Of a DNA stretch of 64,000 bases, positions 24,938 to 37,475 are shown piece after piece; within the stretch, counting starts at the first letter, position 1; every line of letters begins with the position of its first letter. A model generated the notes under the pieces. It saw only the letters and a list, made by a program, of their open reading frames with translations, was not told the origin of the DNA and ran no database searches. Position numbers and translations under genes: made by a program. Source of the DNA: Utricularia gibba (lineage: Eukaryota > Plantae > Magnoliophyta); NCBI GenBank assembly GCA_002189035.1, contig NEEC01000012.1, positions 3,100,001-3,164,000 on the forward strand, given 5' to 3'.

Positions 24938-27900
24938 TCAGGCGCATATTGCTTCAACGGACAACCTTTTAAGTACATTGGGACATGGATCTTCACCAAA
25001 GTTTGTGTTGGAGATGGCAACAGAGCATCTTTCCTTTCCAATACACATCTGTGAAGCCAAAACCAATCTTTGATAAGTTTAAATGTTCAGAGTTTTTTGC
25101 TATTGTGTAACACTTGAACGGTACCTTATCCAAGATGGCATATGATGAAGGAGCGTGGCATGGTCCTTGCGTGAAGCTTCCACAAGTTCCTAAAGGCGTT
25201 CCGTAGCTTGCAAATTTAATGGAAGAGATCTGCTTTCCAGGGGTGCAACGAAGGTGAATCTTCGGCTTGTGGAAAACTTCTAGTTCCCCATAATTTTCCA
25301 TTTGCCAGTTCTTGATATTGGGGTGGTACTCGGAGACATCAGCACAAACGCTGCTCACTGATCTCTTGACAAGAGTGATTCTTGTGGGATCCCCACCAAG
25401 TTCCTCGAACAAAACCAGAAGATTGTTTTCTGGTTTAAGCCATGAACGTGGCAGATGGTACCTACAAGCGTTTGCTTCCATCACTCAGAGCCCAGTTCAT
25501 ATTGCATGTGTAGTTTGAAAGCATATAATTTTCATATTTGACTGACCATCTTTGTGTTGGTTTGCCACATCCCTCTATGCATTTAGGTGGTCGATAAGTT
25601 CCAGGGTAGCTACATTTATTGCAATTACCCACAGCGTATGCAGTCCAGTACCTTCCAAGACTCTGTCCATTAACCCACAATTGACCTTTTCCCATGCTAC
25701 TCATGTCGAATGCCAGTGGCTCATTGCCATCCGGTGCATCAAAATAGGCCTGCAAAGTTAAGAGTTTAAGATTCATGGAGCTGGATGTTTGTGGGGGGTG
25801 CAAGGTTTACCTTGTGCCATGTCAGGGGCTGCTGGTCCAGGGATACAACTGAGCTTTGCATCCAGTCAACTGAAGAAATACTATTTGGAGAGATGAGGTT
25901 CAACGCTTCACCCTTCAACCCAACCTACAACCGGGACACGTTGTTAGCCATTCTCATTGGAGCAGATTGAGAATGAAGCAGTTATACTAAAAGATGGGAA
26001 CCTGGTAAGTCCATTTTGCCCAGGCCAAGTTAAGTCTCCCCTGGTCGAGCCCCAGCAATGCAACTGGACCCAAGATGCCTGTGTTCCAAGTTTCGTAATG
26101 TCCACCCACATTCTGTTTTTTGACAAGTATCAGAAAGTTTAAAACATGTTCTCGTACGCCCTCATTTTTCTGTAACTTGTGAAAATCAGAACTAACCGGC
26201 AGTCCAACAGCTACACTAAGGAGAGAAAGCTTATTTGATCCGGCATGAAGTTTCACTTTTCCTTTGAATGTAAACCTTCGATCTTCCCTTGTTCCCGATG
26301 CAGAACCTGTAAATTTTTATATATAAATTTACCTGAGAATAATGTTCTTGCCTCAGAAGAATGCCCGGAACCAGAAACATACCAGAAAGCTGTCCATTAA
26401 CAAAAACGTGTAGAGCATGACCAGTGGATTGAACTACAAGTGTAGGAAGATTTCCTTCATGCAGGAAAGACTCAGATGAGCTGATATCAACACTGAAATT
26501 GAAGAGTTTTAAAGTTTATTAGTCAGAGCCATAGTTAAGCCGATGGAATTAATGTTTAGAAGTTGAACTGGTGCACAAAACTGGAGGTTCGAAACATTCC
26601 AAAAAAATTTTCTTGTAAAATGGTCACAGTTTAGTAGAACTGGGTCACATGTAGCTGACTTACTTAGTTGTGTACCACAGGTAATCACTAGCATCTTTGG
26701 TGACATTTAATTGTTCCAAAAGACCAAAAGTGGAGAAGGAGTCGTCCTCCAAGGATGATAAATCCTCATTATAAGTTTGCCAGGAGAAGATCTGGGAGCT
26801 GGTCGGTAACATTTCCATCTGAGATGTCTGAACTCCAACCTAAACCAAGAAATAAATAGACACATTATACAATCATGCCCTGAGGAATGAACATTACATG
26901 ATAGATGACTTCCGGTTCTCATGGGACAATATAAGCATATGGTTTTTTTAACAGCAAGATGCGTACTCTAGCGGTGTTGAATACAGCATTCTTGCAGTCG
27001 GGAAGGATGCTGATGGACCAAGCAGGCAAATTATAATGCATGTGATTGAAATAAACTCGAGCCATATACTTGGTATCATAATTTGCAAGGAAAGCAGCAC
27101 AGCCTCCAGATTTGGTTGAGTATACATGAGCCTAGAGGGTAGAAAAAAAAAACAGACCAGTTAGAGAACAGACCAGCAACTAAAGCAGATAAGTTTCTCA
27201 AAACTGCAACAGTAAAAGAAAGAACCTCTTGAAGGCTGCCTAAAGAAGTCACAGTGGGGTTAGTTGAAACTAGTGCTTTCTCACATAATTTAATAGCTCT
27301 GTGAAGTTCCTTGAGATGCCCGTACTTTGGTTGCCGGATCAAACCTACACATTATAGTATAAAGTAGCTGCAGTCTTTGTTTCCATGACAAGAATGCTAC
27401 AACGAGAGCACATGCGGGATTCTCCTTACCATATTCGTCAAGAGGAGCATCATAATCATAGCTTGTAGTTATGAAGGGGCCTCCAGCAGAGCGCCCAAAA
27501 TTCGTGCCTCCATGATACTGTTTAGCAAGACAAGGTTCAGAGTAGAGGCATAACCATAAGCATTTTATAACGTATAATTATGGACCAACCATGTAGTAGT
27601 TAACAAAAGAGCCTCCCTTTTGTATGAATTTTGCAACGGCAAATGCCAAATCCTGAACAGGCCTCTCATGAACTGGGCCACCAAACTCTGTAAACCTAAG
27701 GGTTGAAAAATTGCGTAGTATAAGGAGTTCCTCAATCTGAAGTGAGCTTGCTATGCTGCTATGAAACTTAAGATAATAAACAAGTGCACAGTTCCAAGAA
27801 AAAGACATACCACCCACTCCAAGCCTCAGTCCACATGGTGGGTTTGTATGGTTGGTTTGGGGAGAAAGAATCACAATAGAAACCATTGCATGTATTGATC

Positions 27901-29169
27901 TGAACAAAAACAGTTTAGTAGTAGGTAATATCCAGAGCTTATACTTAGAACTATTTTTTTTCTAGAATAAAGAAATACGATGATAGATGACACCAAGAAT
28001 ACAAAAAGGATAGCATCTTTAACAACACCTACCACCGGATCCGGCGCGTCAAGTTCCTTACACATCACCCATGGAACTCCAGTACCTAGCGCAACAGCCA
28101 TGTTTGCCGCCCAAGTTACATACTGATGTCCAGCTGCTCCTAGGGATTTTGCTTGTGGCCCATATTCATTCTCAATCTGTTTATAGCAATGCAACCCTTT
28201 AATCTGCTAGAACCCTCCAATTGATAGTTTGGTTCATGCTGAAATGCTTATATTGGAAGAAAAGAATCAAACCTGAGAGAGTATAATTGGACCCCCTTGA
28301 GATGCATATAAGTTTTCAGATTTCATTAGATTGACAATTTTTTCAGTAAACCCCTTCATGGCTCTCTGTTAAGAATCAGAATAACGTAAGCTTTATAGAG
28401 AAATTCACTGAAGCCAAAAGCAGGTTTGAGCAAAAAAGAACTGATGGGATCAATGTTTAACAAAAGAAAAAGAAAAAGTAACCTTGAATGGCTCATTATC
28501 AGTCCTGAAGCTAATCCCAGGAACATATTTCAGCCAAACAGGGAAACCCCTGCACAAACGAAGAACAGTTATCGGTAGAGCCAACCCACCATATCCTTGA
28601 AAGCACTAAGGCAGTACCCGAAGTTCCACTCAGCACAAATATAAGGCCCAATGCGGAGATGAACATAAAGCCCTGCCTTTTGAGCCGTTTTTATAAACCT
28701 CACCAAATCATATCTTCCTTCAAAGTTATACTGAAACCCAGAAAAAAAAATTCACCATGGTACATTGCCAGTAGAAGTAATACTGAAACCCAGAAAAAGG
28801 TTAGAAATTCAGAAAACAAAACGAATGCATACATTTCCGGGAGAAGGCTCGTGGACATTCCAAAAGACGTAAGTATCAATCACATCCAGACCTCCTTCTT
28901 TCGCCTTAAGAATGAGATCTTCCCACATCTGAACAAAAACAGTAAAGAATCTTTAAGGAGTACAAAAGACGAGACAGATTTAAGCTCGGTATACGAACCT
29001 CTGGTGTGCTTCGGGTGTAGTGTATGGAACCAGAAAGGAGAATTCGTCTTTGGCCATGAATAACAATGGCCCTTCCGTCATAGGTGACGCTACATTTGAC
29101 AGTGGTAGCTTCAAGAAACAAGAAAATACACGCCAAGAACACGCATTTCGCTACTGGCGCGAACTTCAT
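24938..29169 (-). CDS. BGAL: GH35 beta-galactosidase with C-terminal galactose-lectin domain (BGAL3-like)
   Basis: Signal peptide, then [25 protein letters not shown]; IENEYG acid/base motif; MWTEAWSGW nucleophile; [12 protein letters not shown]; [15 protein letters not shown]; lectin domain ends at stop 24938-24940. Confidence 0.95.
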
Positions 29170-30520
29170 TCTTGTTTCTCTACTACCCGGCTTCACTTCT
29201 CCTTTCCAGAAGAAAGTAGAAACCCGCTGTCCTGAGGAAGAATGACGAGTCGTTGGAAGCTACAAGAGAGAGAGAGTGAGGGATGGAGGAAGGAAACAGG
29301 AGAGAGTTTTACTGTGTACCTACTTGTAACTTTTAACAGGGATGTGTGAACGGGAAGTGTGAATCCACGCACCAGCACACCCCCTTTATTTCACTCTCTC
29401 TCTTTCTACCAATGGAGGTACCCACTACACAGCACATACAGGTATCTATATAGAGAGAGAGAGATACAGAAACGAGTCAGAAGAGGAAGGGGAACGCAGT
29501 AGAGGGGATCTTCCTTCTACAGAAAATGACCCGATTCCACCTTAGCGGAGTGAATGGGCATGGCACTGGTGAATGGTTATGGTAATTGTAAAGCAGCAGC
29601 AAGAAAAGAAAGAGACTTGACTCGAAAAAAGCCTGGTAGTGCAGGCAGACCGGCGCATGGCGTGGCACGTTCATGTGAAAGTAACTGTACTCCTTTACTG
29701 GACGCTGCTCTGAAGAGAAGCAAGCCCCGGTCCGAGAAGGAAGCAGACAAGGAACTCAACACACATCCCGGTTCCCTGGCTCAAAGAACCAACCCAGTCA
29801 ATTCATTGGTTTGCAGACACTGCCGCAGCCGAGAGAGATACTCATGCATGTGTTTGTGTCCCTGTTCACTCCTCACTCCTTCACGGGACTCATGAACCAG
29901 GCCGTAGTTAGTTAGTTTCCTTGATGTAATAAGATACCATGAGACTTGACAGCAGAATGCCTTATTCAAACTAGTGTTCGTTCTGGTCAACACAAATCTG
30001 AACAGGGACAGCCAAGGGCCAGCCTTCAACCTCAGAGTGGAGAGGAGCGGAGAGGGCGTGATGATGGGAGGAGGGTCCATCCAATCCTTGACTCACATTC
30101 CCCCACCAACACACCGTTCACACTGAAAAATGACAACCCCTTGAGGCATTCTTGAATTCTCGTTTACCATTTGACAGTAAAAAAACGTTGGGCGGAACTG
30201 AAAGAGGCCTGTCCTGACTCAGGCTCACTGTTAAGATATGATGCATTGTTGCTTTGGATTCCAATCCCAACAGTGGAATGGAATGAAGGTATTAGATGCT
30301 TTAGAGTTGATGCTCATAATGAGATTGACTCACGGAATGGGTATTGGATTCTTTATCCATGTAAATTTATTGATGACAGATGGGGATGCATAGGCGGGGA
30401 GGGGGGTAAAGTAAATGCGCCCGCAACCCAGATCCCGAACACCGCATGTGAATTCCCATTTCCCGAGCCCTAACCCGTGGGGTCCGCCGTCACTGCAAGC
30501 CTAGGCCAGTGACCGCGCCA

Positions 30521-30545
30521 CTGGGCTGGGCTGGGCTGGGCTGGG
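30521..30545 (+). repeat. (CTGGG)5 pentamer, potential G-quadruplex
   Basis: Five G3 tracts with 2-nt loops, seen directly. Confidence 0.7.
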
Positions 30546-31842
30546 CTGCGGTGGTCCCTGACACTGAGTCATCCTCATTCCTTCTCCTAATGCTTTCGAG
30601 CTCCGTTTAGCTTCTTCTTCCTTGGAGAGTGCTCTTGTGGTCGCCCTCATCTGCAATCCTTTCCTTTACTTTCAAGGATGCGGCACTTTGCGGCATCCAT
30701 GGGGACGCACATTTGCATAAAGGCGGATCTAACGGTTCTTGTCCCGCACATTGCATGCTTTGCGCAGCGCAGTACACACTATGGACAGACGGTCAGGCTT
30801 TTCGTGAATTGGGTTGGGATCCCATTAATCACGCATGAACAGAGAGTGGTGTAAAGTGCAGGGGTGCAGCAACTGTTTTTTGGAGTGGAAACCTTTACTA
30901 GCAAACAGGGTGTAAAGCAGTTGGTGTTCTCGCTAAAGATAAGATAAGATAAGAGTAACCTCAATATTGATCGTCATAAATCCCATAACAGGCAGGTTTC
31001 GACTTTAGATAGACCACCAACAGAGAGGCACCTGAATTGTGGAAAACGTGAGATAGGAACAAAGTAGTAATGTGAAAGAACATCATAACTTTCGGCAGTA
31101 ACAGATAAGACATGCTCATGCTAACAGACATTAAGGTCAGTGCGTGCAAGGTGGAGGAGGAATTGATGAATCAAAGTAAAGAAAGGAATTATGGAGCAAA
31201 ATTTTGACACTTCAAAGATCAGAAAGTATCCATAAAGTGAACTCAAGTGTAGATACTGAAACTGCAGTAGCTGCCTCTATGGCTATACCAAACAACAGGT
31301 TGAACTTCTATCATTCCCTACTCAAGTTTTTCTTTTTTTTTTTTTTTTTTTTGGTAGCACTCCAGATACCAAAAAAGGGCCATGACAGATGCTGAAATCT
31401 TCTTTCAATGGAACCGTGATTATTACTTGACGTACCGGTATGGCTCTCTTCTCAACTGGAATCCATGTTAGAGAATATGAATTGGTTGATGTTTCTTGTT
31501 CTGCAATGCGGTGAGGCAAGATCTTTCTTGTCTACCTTGTTCAAGTGTTTTCTGCCGTGCACCTGTTCCCTTGTGCAGATCAAGAACTGATTGGTCTTCC
31601 TTTGTGTGGTTCTTGCTCGGTGCTTGCCTTAGATTGGACTCTAAGAAGTCACTGAAAATCTCTCGCAATGGACTGACACCATACCTCATCTTCCACATTA
31701 ACAGGCATGAAATTTTACCTGAGAGAAAGTTCCAAGAAAATCAGCATGGAGTGAGTGCAGCCTCAGACATCCAGAATAAAAACGGCAACGCTCTTTTTCC
31801 TTCTGGTACGTGTTCAGAGAAACAACCCTTTTAACTAAATCA

Positions 31843-32106
31843 TCACAGACATACACATATTGATATCGGATTAATCAATAGCTCCCAAGAACTCGTTGAA
31901 AGCCTCCTACATAAAGCGAAACTCAGAAGAACCAGATACATGATACACGGAAAGAAAAGAATCCCGTATGAAGCTACCAAAGGAATACCAGTATCATTTC
32001 CTTGAAGAGCTAGACAGTGAAAAAAAAATGCCTTACGCTGGCACCATGCTAACTGCCTGAACGTACTGAATCGTCCCTTTGTAACAACAAACACTCTCGC
32101 CTGCAT
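31843..32106 (-). CDS. Putative small membrane protein A (87 aa), paralogue of 34724-34963
   Basis: MQARVFVVTKGR...FH...DTGIPLVASYGILFFPCIMYLVLLSFAL...; colinear with sORF B; site II (TGGGCC) motifs upstream near 32430-32480. Confidence 0.4.
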   Translation of the reverse strand: MQARVFVVTKGRFSTFRQLAWCQRKAFFFHCLALQGNDTGIPLVASYGILFFPCIMYLVLLSFALCRRLSTSSWELLINPISICVCL

Positions 32107-32565
32107 CCTGCATCCATCTTGAAAGCAATACCAAAGGCCGCGAAGCCGGAAACTCCATCCAGACAACTACCGTTAGAGACGTCTCGGCTAGAGGGAATCA
32201 TCTTGCGCTTTTTAAATTTCATCCGGCCTCGCTCGTGAATCTCGCCGGGCCTAGCTCAGTACAACTGCGATCTCCTGCCCCGTCAAGATCAGACGACAAA
32301 CCGACCGGAAACAGCTCCAGCACCTGCCTGGAAGCCAGATGTCGCACTGGAATCGAAGGGCTCGGAGCGAGACTTCCTCGTTTTGGCGGGGCTGCGACTG
32401 GGGAAGAGAAGAAAATGAGTAGTTATAATTGGGCCTTCATATGGGCCCAAATCGGTACAGAGGCTCATTTCGTATTGGCCCATTTTCAATTTATATCTCC
32501 TCCAAAGCTAATCTTCCAGAACATGTTATGCATTCCTCAGGCACGTTAACAACTCAAAGAGCACA

Positions 32566-32670
32566 ACGTGTCATTGATTCCACGTGCCTCATTCTCAATC
32601 TCCCACGTGCCTTATTCTCATACTTCAACTCAACTGCATTCCCTCATCCTCCCAAGGACTGTATATAAAT
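32566..32670 (+). promoter_or_regulatory. ABRE/G-box cluster and TATA box of the LTI65-like gene
   Basis: ACGTGTC 32566-32572, CACGTG 32581-32586 and 32604-32609, TATATAAAT 32662-32670; DRE core ACCGAC at 32300-32305. This is the RD29-type layout. Confidence 0.75.
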
Positions 32671-32703
32671 ACATTCGCCGGAGCAAGTTGTTTCGACACA
32701 GAG

Positions 32704-34412
32704 ATGGAAGAGGCGCGGGAGGATCACGGTGAGAAGAAGTCTGTGCTGAAGAAGGTGAAGGACAAAGCGAAGAAAATAAAGGAGACTCTCGCGAAGCACG
32801 ATCACAACAACCACCATTCCGATACTGATCCTACTTCCGATGATGAAGAGGCGGGAGAGGAGCACGCCCCAGAAATCCATGGCGCCCCAGGTTTCGTTGA
32901 TCAACGCGAATAGTGCTGTTTTCTTGATCTTATTTGGCGGATTGGTGACTTTGTGTGCGCTGCGTTGCATACAGTGTACGAATCCACAGTCATTCGTTCT
33001 ACAGATCTGCCAATGCAGTTGCCGCCTCCACAAGACAATCCCAAACTTGCGCCGAGTGTACAGACACCCGTTCTTCAGCGTGAGACAGCACCAACAGGCC
33101 ACGGTTCCGTTTCGGGGTTCGGAGATCCGGGTGCGCAGGGGACAAGGGTTCCCTCAAGTTATGAAGCCGAAGCTGTTGATCCCACCAAACAAGGTATGCT
33201 GGTTTTCTTTCTTTTCTTGTTTCATTAGAGTTTCACCACTTTTTTTAGGAGGGGAAGAAGCAGAGGTTCCACCACTTGCTCGACGCCTTGGCGATCTGAG
33301 CGTTGAAGAAGATAAGCATGAAGCGGAGGTGGAACCGGGAGGCTACACTGGAAGCCATGATCAGTTTTCTCCTGAGCAACAGGAAGCCAAATTCTCTGGT
33401 CATACAGCCATCTCTGCAGGAGGAGCGTCTGGGAAAGATAACCATCCTATAGCCGCCGCGATTGTGCCACACTCTGCCACTCATCATGAGACAGCAGATA
33501 TCCAGAGTAGCCAGTCCGCAACGGAGGATCTAAGTGCGCCGGGGGCAGGGGTTCCTTCAAATTACGAAACGAAAGCTGTTGATCCTACTATACAAGGTAT
33601 GTTTTCTTGTCGTTTCTTTATCATGGGAGTTTTCGTTTTATCGTCCTCTTTACTTCAGGAGGGAGAGAAGCAGATGTTTCTCCACTTGCCCAACGTCTTG
33701 ATGATCTCAAGGTTGAAGAGGATGGACATGGTGCGGGGATGGAAACGGGCTCCTACACAGGAAGCCATGATCAATTTTCTCCAGAGCCAGAAGAACGAAA
33801 AGATTCTGTTTCCGGAGGCTCTTCTGTATCTGAGAAAGCTGAAGAAGACGAATCTCGAAACACTCTCCTGCCAGGATCTTATGGGCACAAAGTTATCGAA
33901 AAGCTTGCCCCTGTTTACCAAAAGGTTGCTGCAACTGTAGGCGCCGGGGCTGAGGGAAAACCAGTAGGGGGGAACGAAGGGCTGTCTGTCAAGGATTACC
34001 TGGCGGAGAAACTGAAGCCAGGGGATGAAGACAAGGCACTATCCGATACCATAGCGGAGGCGCTGTACAAGAAAAAAGAACAACCACCGTTGGCCGAGGT
34101 TACGGAATCGCCAGAGGTTGCAGCGAATTTAGGGACGGGGAAGGAAGGCAAGCTAGAGGGAACCGAAGCCGTGGCGGCCGGGAAAGAGAGCTCCGGGGAG
34201 GATTCGTGGATAGGCTGAAGGATGCCGCGAGCCTGTGGCTGGGGAAGAGTAACGCAACTGACACTGTGCAGGAATCTCTGAAAAAATCATATGGTGAGCT
34301 ACAAGCCTCCAACGAACACTCCTTTTTCTCCCTAAACTAACCCTAATGATCTTCCCGGTGGTTCTGGATAGTGAGCGGCGGCGGTTCGACGGAGGCGGAG
34401 AGCAAGCGCTGA
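32704..34412 (+). CDS. LTI65: LTI65/RD29B/CAP160-like stress protein; 1-nt frameshift at 34195-34198; 3' end approximate
   Basis: EKKSVLKKVKDKAKKIK; EIHGAP|VYES; YTGSHDQFSPE; EKLAPVYQKV; LSVKDYLAEKLKPGDEDKALSDTI. GFVDRLKDAASLWLGK continues in a shifted frame. Confidence 0.9.
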
Positions 34413-34723
34413 GATCGGGAACGAAAGGGAGCGGCTGCTTGAACTCAAATTTCCTGTGTGTCGTGTGTGGGCCCGGTGGAGGCATAAAATAAAAATGGCT
34501 TCTTTATTTTGTATGAGAAAATAATGCATATATAAATAATTGGTAATAACGTTTGCATAATCAAGTATTCCAATTGTACCCTTATCAGTGCACATTTTCT
34601 TATTTCAACGAGGAGCAAAGATATTGAGGTCAGGGTACTTTTGTCTTTGTACTCCGGTGATCATTTTGGGTGCTGTCTGATACTTTAATTACTTTTTTGA
34701 GGGCGGCCGGCGGATGTGTCAAG

Positions 34724-34963
34724 ATGGAAGGAGGGCAGCCGGCGGGAATTGTTGTTACAGAAGGACGGCTTACTTATGTACACGAAGTAAGGAAAGGTTT
34801 AGTGGAATCCATTGATTTTCATCATATAAGAGTTCGACGAAAGGACACTAGTGTTCCCGTGGTGGCTGCTTACGGGATTCTTCTCTCCTTCGCATGTGGT
34901 CCATTTCTCATGCTTCTGAAGGTCGCGTCAGTTGCACTCTTTTTGCGTTCATTTGAATTGTAA
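34724..34963 (+). CDS. Putative small membrane protein B (79 aa), paralogue of 31843-32106
   Basis: MEGGQPAGIVVTEGR...FH...DTSVPVVAAYGILLSFACGPFLMLLKVASVALF; shares the 12-mer TACGGGATTCTT with A. Confidence 0.42.
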   Translation: MEGGQPAGIVVTEGRLTYVHEVRKGLVESIDFHHIRVRRKDTSVPVVAAYGILLSFACGPFLMLLKVASVALFLRSFEL

Positions 34964-37184
34964 TTTTGTATTGGTATTTATAGCTTTCTTCTAACATGTT
35001 TTCGATTTAAGATTAAATTTTACATGCCGCAGTTGAAACTTTTCAGCATAATGCTAATGTGCAAGATGCAGCTCTAGGTTCATCTAATTTTTAATTGTCC
35101 ATAATTTTTGGAATATGATGTTTTTTCTTTGCCATCTATTTGATGCAGAGGAGTAATGTTACTGTTGTTCTTTGCATCTTTGCTCTAGCGGGGTTAATTT
35201 TGATTCACTTGAGAAGAAAAGTTGAGAAAGGTATGCAACGTGTATTTGAAGTTTGAGTATTTTTCTTGTATGCAGTTTCTTTATCCAGTTTTTGAAACAT
35301 TGTATCATTTATACTTAAAACGCATTTGTTTAAGTTAGTTCTGTGATTGAAAAGCTGTGAAAGAACGAGTGCGTTTGAGTTTTATCTATTCTGCTCTATC
35401 TATCACAGAGTCCATTATAATTTTCCCCTCAATGGGAGTCCAACTTGAGACTGTCTTCAGAAGGTATGACCATTGGTAGAGAGGCTCCTCACTTTTCTGT
35501 GGCATTGCTCTTCAACATTTTCCAGTTTTCTTTTGGTATCCTCGTTTCCTTTGTTTTTGTTAATGCTTACTTTTTTCTCCCAACTATTGGGATGGATGCG
35601 TCTTTTTTTTTCTTGTTTGACAATGTGATTAGATCTACGTTTTTAAACCAGTGGGAGAACTCTTCGTCGATTTGTACCAATTGGCAAGATACTGAAGCCT
35701 GTCTTGAATGAATGCGTCACTCCAGTTACCTGCTATTGGAGTCTCTCTTTAATTGTACTTGGGGAGGAAGAACTTCTGCCTGTGTTCAAGGTAACCAGAG
35801 AGGATGAACATTCTCATCATTGTATTTTAGAACATTGTGTCTTCAATTTTAACCAAGCTTCGAACCCCCTGAACTCCTGGTGCATTTTGGCATCTACTTC
35901 TCTCAGTGTTTCTATGTGCTTAAGTTCATTTTGGTTTCAGAATCTGCATCCCCCCCTAACAATGTTGGTTCCCATTTGGGAGGCTGTGCTCACTTCCATT
36001 GAAAACGAGAAATCCTTGGACTCTGACACTGAAAACATTCCTAGTTATGTTACACACCCTGATCAACTCAACGCATCTTCCTCTTGATCGTCTATATTTA
36101 TCAACAATGATGCACAGACGCTGAAATATCTGGCGGAGTGCAATCCCTTTTAACCTTGAAGGTGCGTGCTTCAATCAATTTCTTTTTCAGGGTAGCCTTC
36201 AACCATCTTCGTTGTGCACTATTAACTTTGTTTTTCCTTTTTCAGCAGTCTTCATGATTGGGGTTAAACCATCAATTGTGACTGCGGCCAGTTAGGTGAC
36301 TAAGGATGGGCTATTTTACCAGCCGGTCTGATCTAATGATAATAGTTCTCATTTTCCGGATTTTTTTGGGTATTTTTCTTAACATAGAAAGAGTTTGATA
36401 TGACTTCAAATTGCAACCATGTGTACTTGAACATATCATTTCTGATCGATAATACTGATTCCACAAATCAAAATATGCTGTTAATCTCCATGTTATATCA
36501 CAATTAGAATGGCACTAAGGATATTTCAGGCCCAAACTGAAATGCAGTAGAACGGAAGATTCATAATCAGAAATATCCCAGTAGGGCACATCCAATGAGG
36601 TAACATCAAATAGCAGCATTGATAGTTTTTTCGATCTATGATGGAGAGGGACATGAGTGATCCACCATGATTGGAGACCTCCTCACAACCAGTCTTCTTG
36701 GTTCCCAGTGATAAGCATTGTAGGATTACTTTCAGAAGCATCTTTACTCCGTGCCAACAAGTTGCGAGAAGGTACTGGTCTTAGTCTGACGTGTCGCGAT
36801 GATAATCTAACCAGTTGCATGTTGTACGTGGTTACAGTAACAGCAACAATAAATCAAGCCTGTGCTTTCAGAATGATCAAACAGTTGCTGTATTAGAACG
36901 ATACTCCCTTTTAGTGTTTGGCCATTCCTAACACCATTCTGATGTATATTTGTTTGTGAATAGGTCTGGCTAACGAGAAATGCCTGCCACATGCAACGGT
37001 GAAGTGTTGCAGTGTACCTGTGGTCTCTGTATGAGCTCTTGCAATTTGCAAATGCAATGAAAGGTAGAAGAAAAAGAATGGTATTCACTTCTTACAACTC
37101 AGCCCGGGAACACGCGCCATGAAATGAAAGAAACGGTATTTGCAGTTGAGTGTGCAGGAGGTATAAAAAACAGTGTTCATGGGC

Positions 37185-37475
37185 TCACCAATGGCAATGG
37201 ATCTCATATTCGTAGCACGAGGAGGTGTGCGTGAACTTGGCTGCAACCCATTTGATACTCCGGAGGAGACAAGAAAGCAATTTTCCTTGGCCTTGGACCG
37301 CATATCTGTTATAAGCAGCCACTCTCTTCCTCCTTTTAGCCTCTGGATTGCTGTCACTAGATGGCCCGTTGAAGACGTAGGCAGGCTTCGGTGGCCGCTC
37401 TGTGAAACCACCTGCTGCTGGGCATGAAGAAGGATGGTAAGATGATGATGATGACGACACACCACCCTTCTCCAT
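37185..37475 (-). CDS. DUF3511 family small protein (96 aa)
   Basis: NPEAKRRKRVAAYNRYAVQGQGKL...SIKW matches the DUF3511 pattern DPEx(K/R)RxxRVAxYxxYxVEGKxKxS...W. ATG at 37475. Confidence 0.8.
   Translation of the reverse strand: MEKGGVSSSSSSYHPSSCPAAGGFTERPPKPAYVFNGPSSDSNPEAKRRKRVAAYNRYAVQGQGKLLSCLLRSIKWVAAKFTHTSSCYEYEIHCHW

Noticed and set aside
29010-29020. BGAL motif reads HYTRS instead of HYPRS
   Set aside because: Single substitution; the catalytic glutamate motifs are intact.
31750-31850. Possible C/D-box snoRNA (GTGATGA…CTGA) on the minus strand
   Set aside because: Boxes are present, but I could not match a guide to rRNA or snRNA and the terminal stem is weak.
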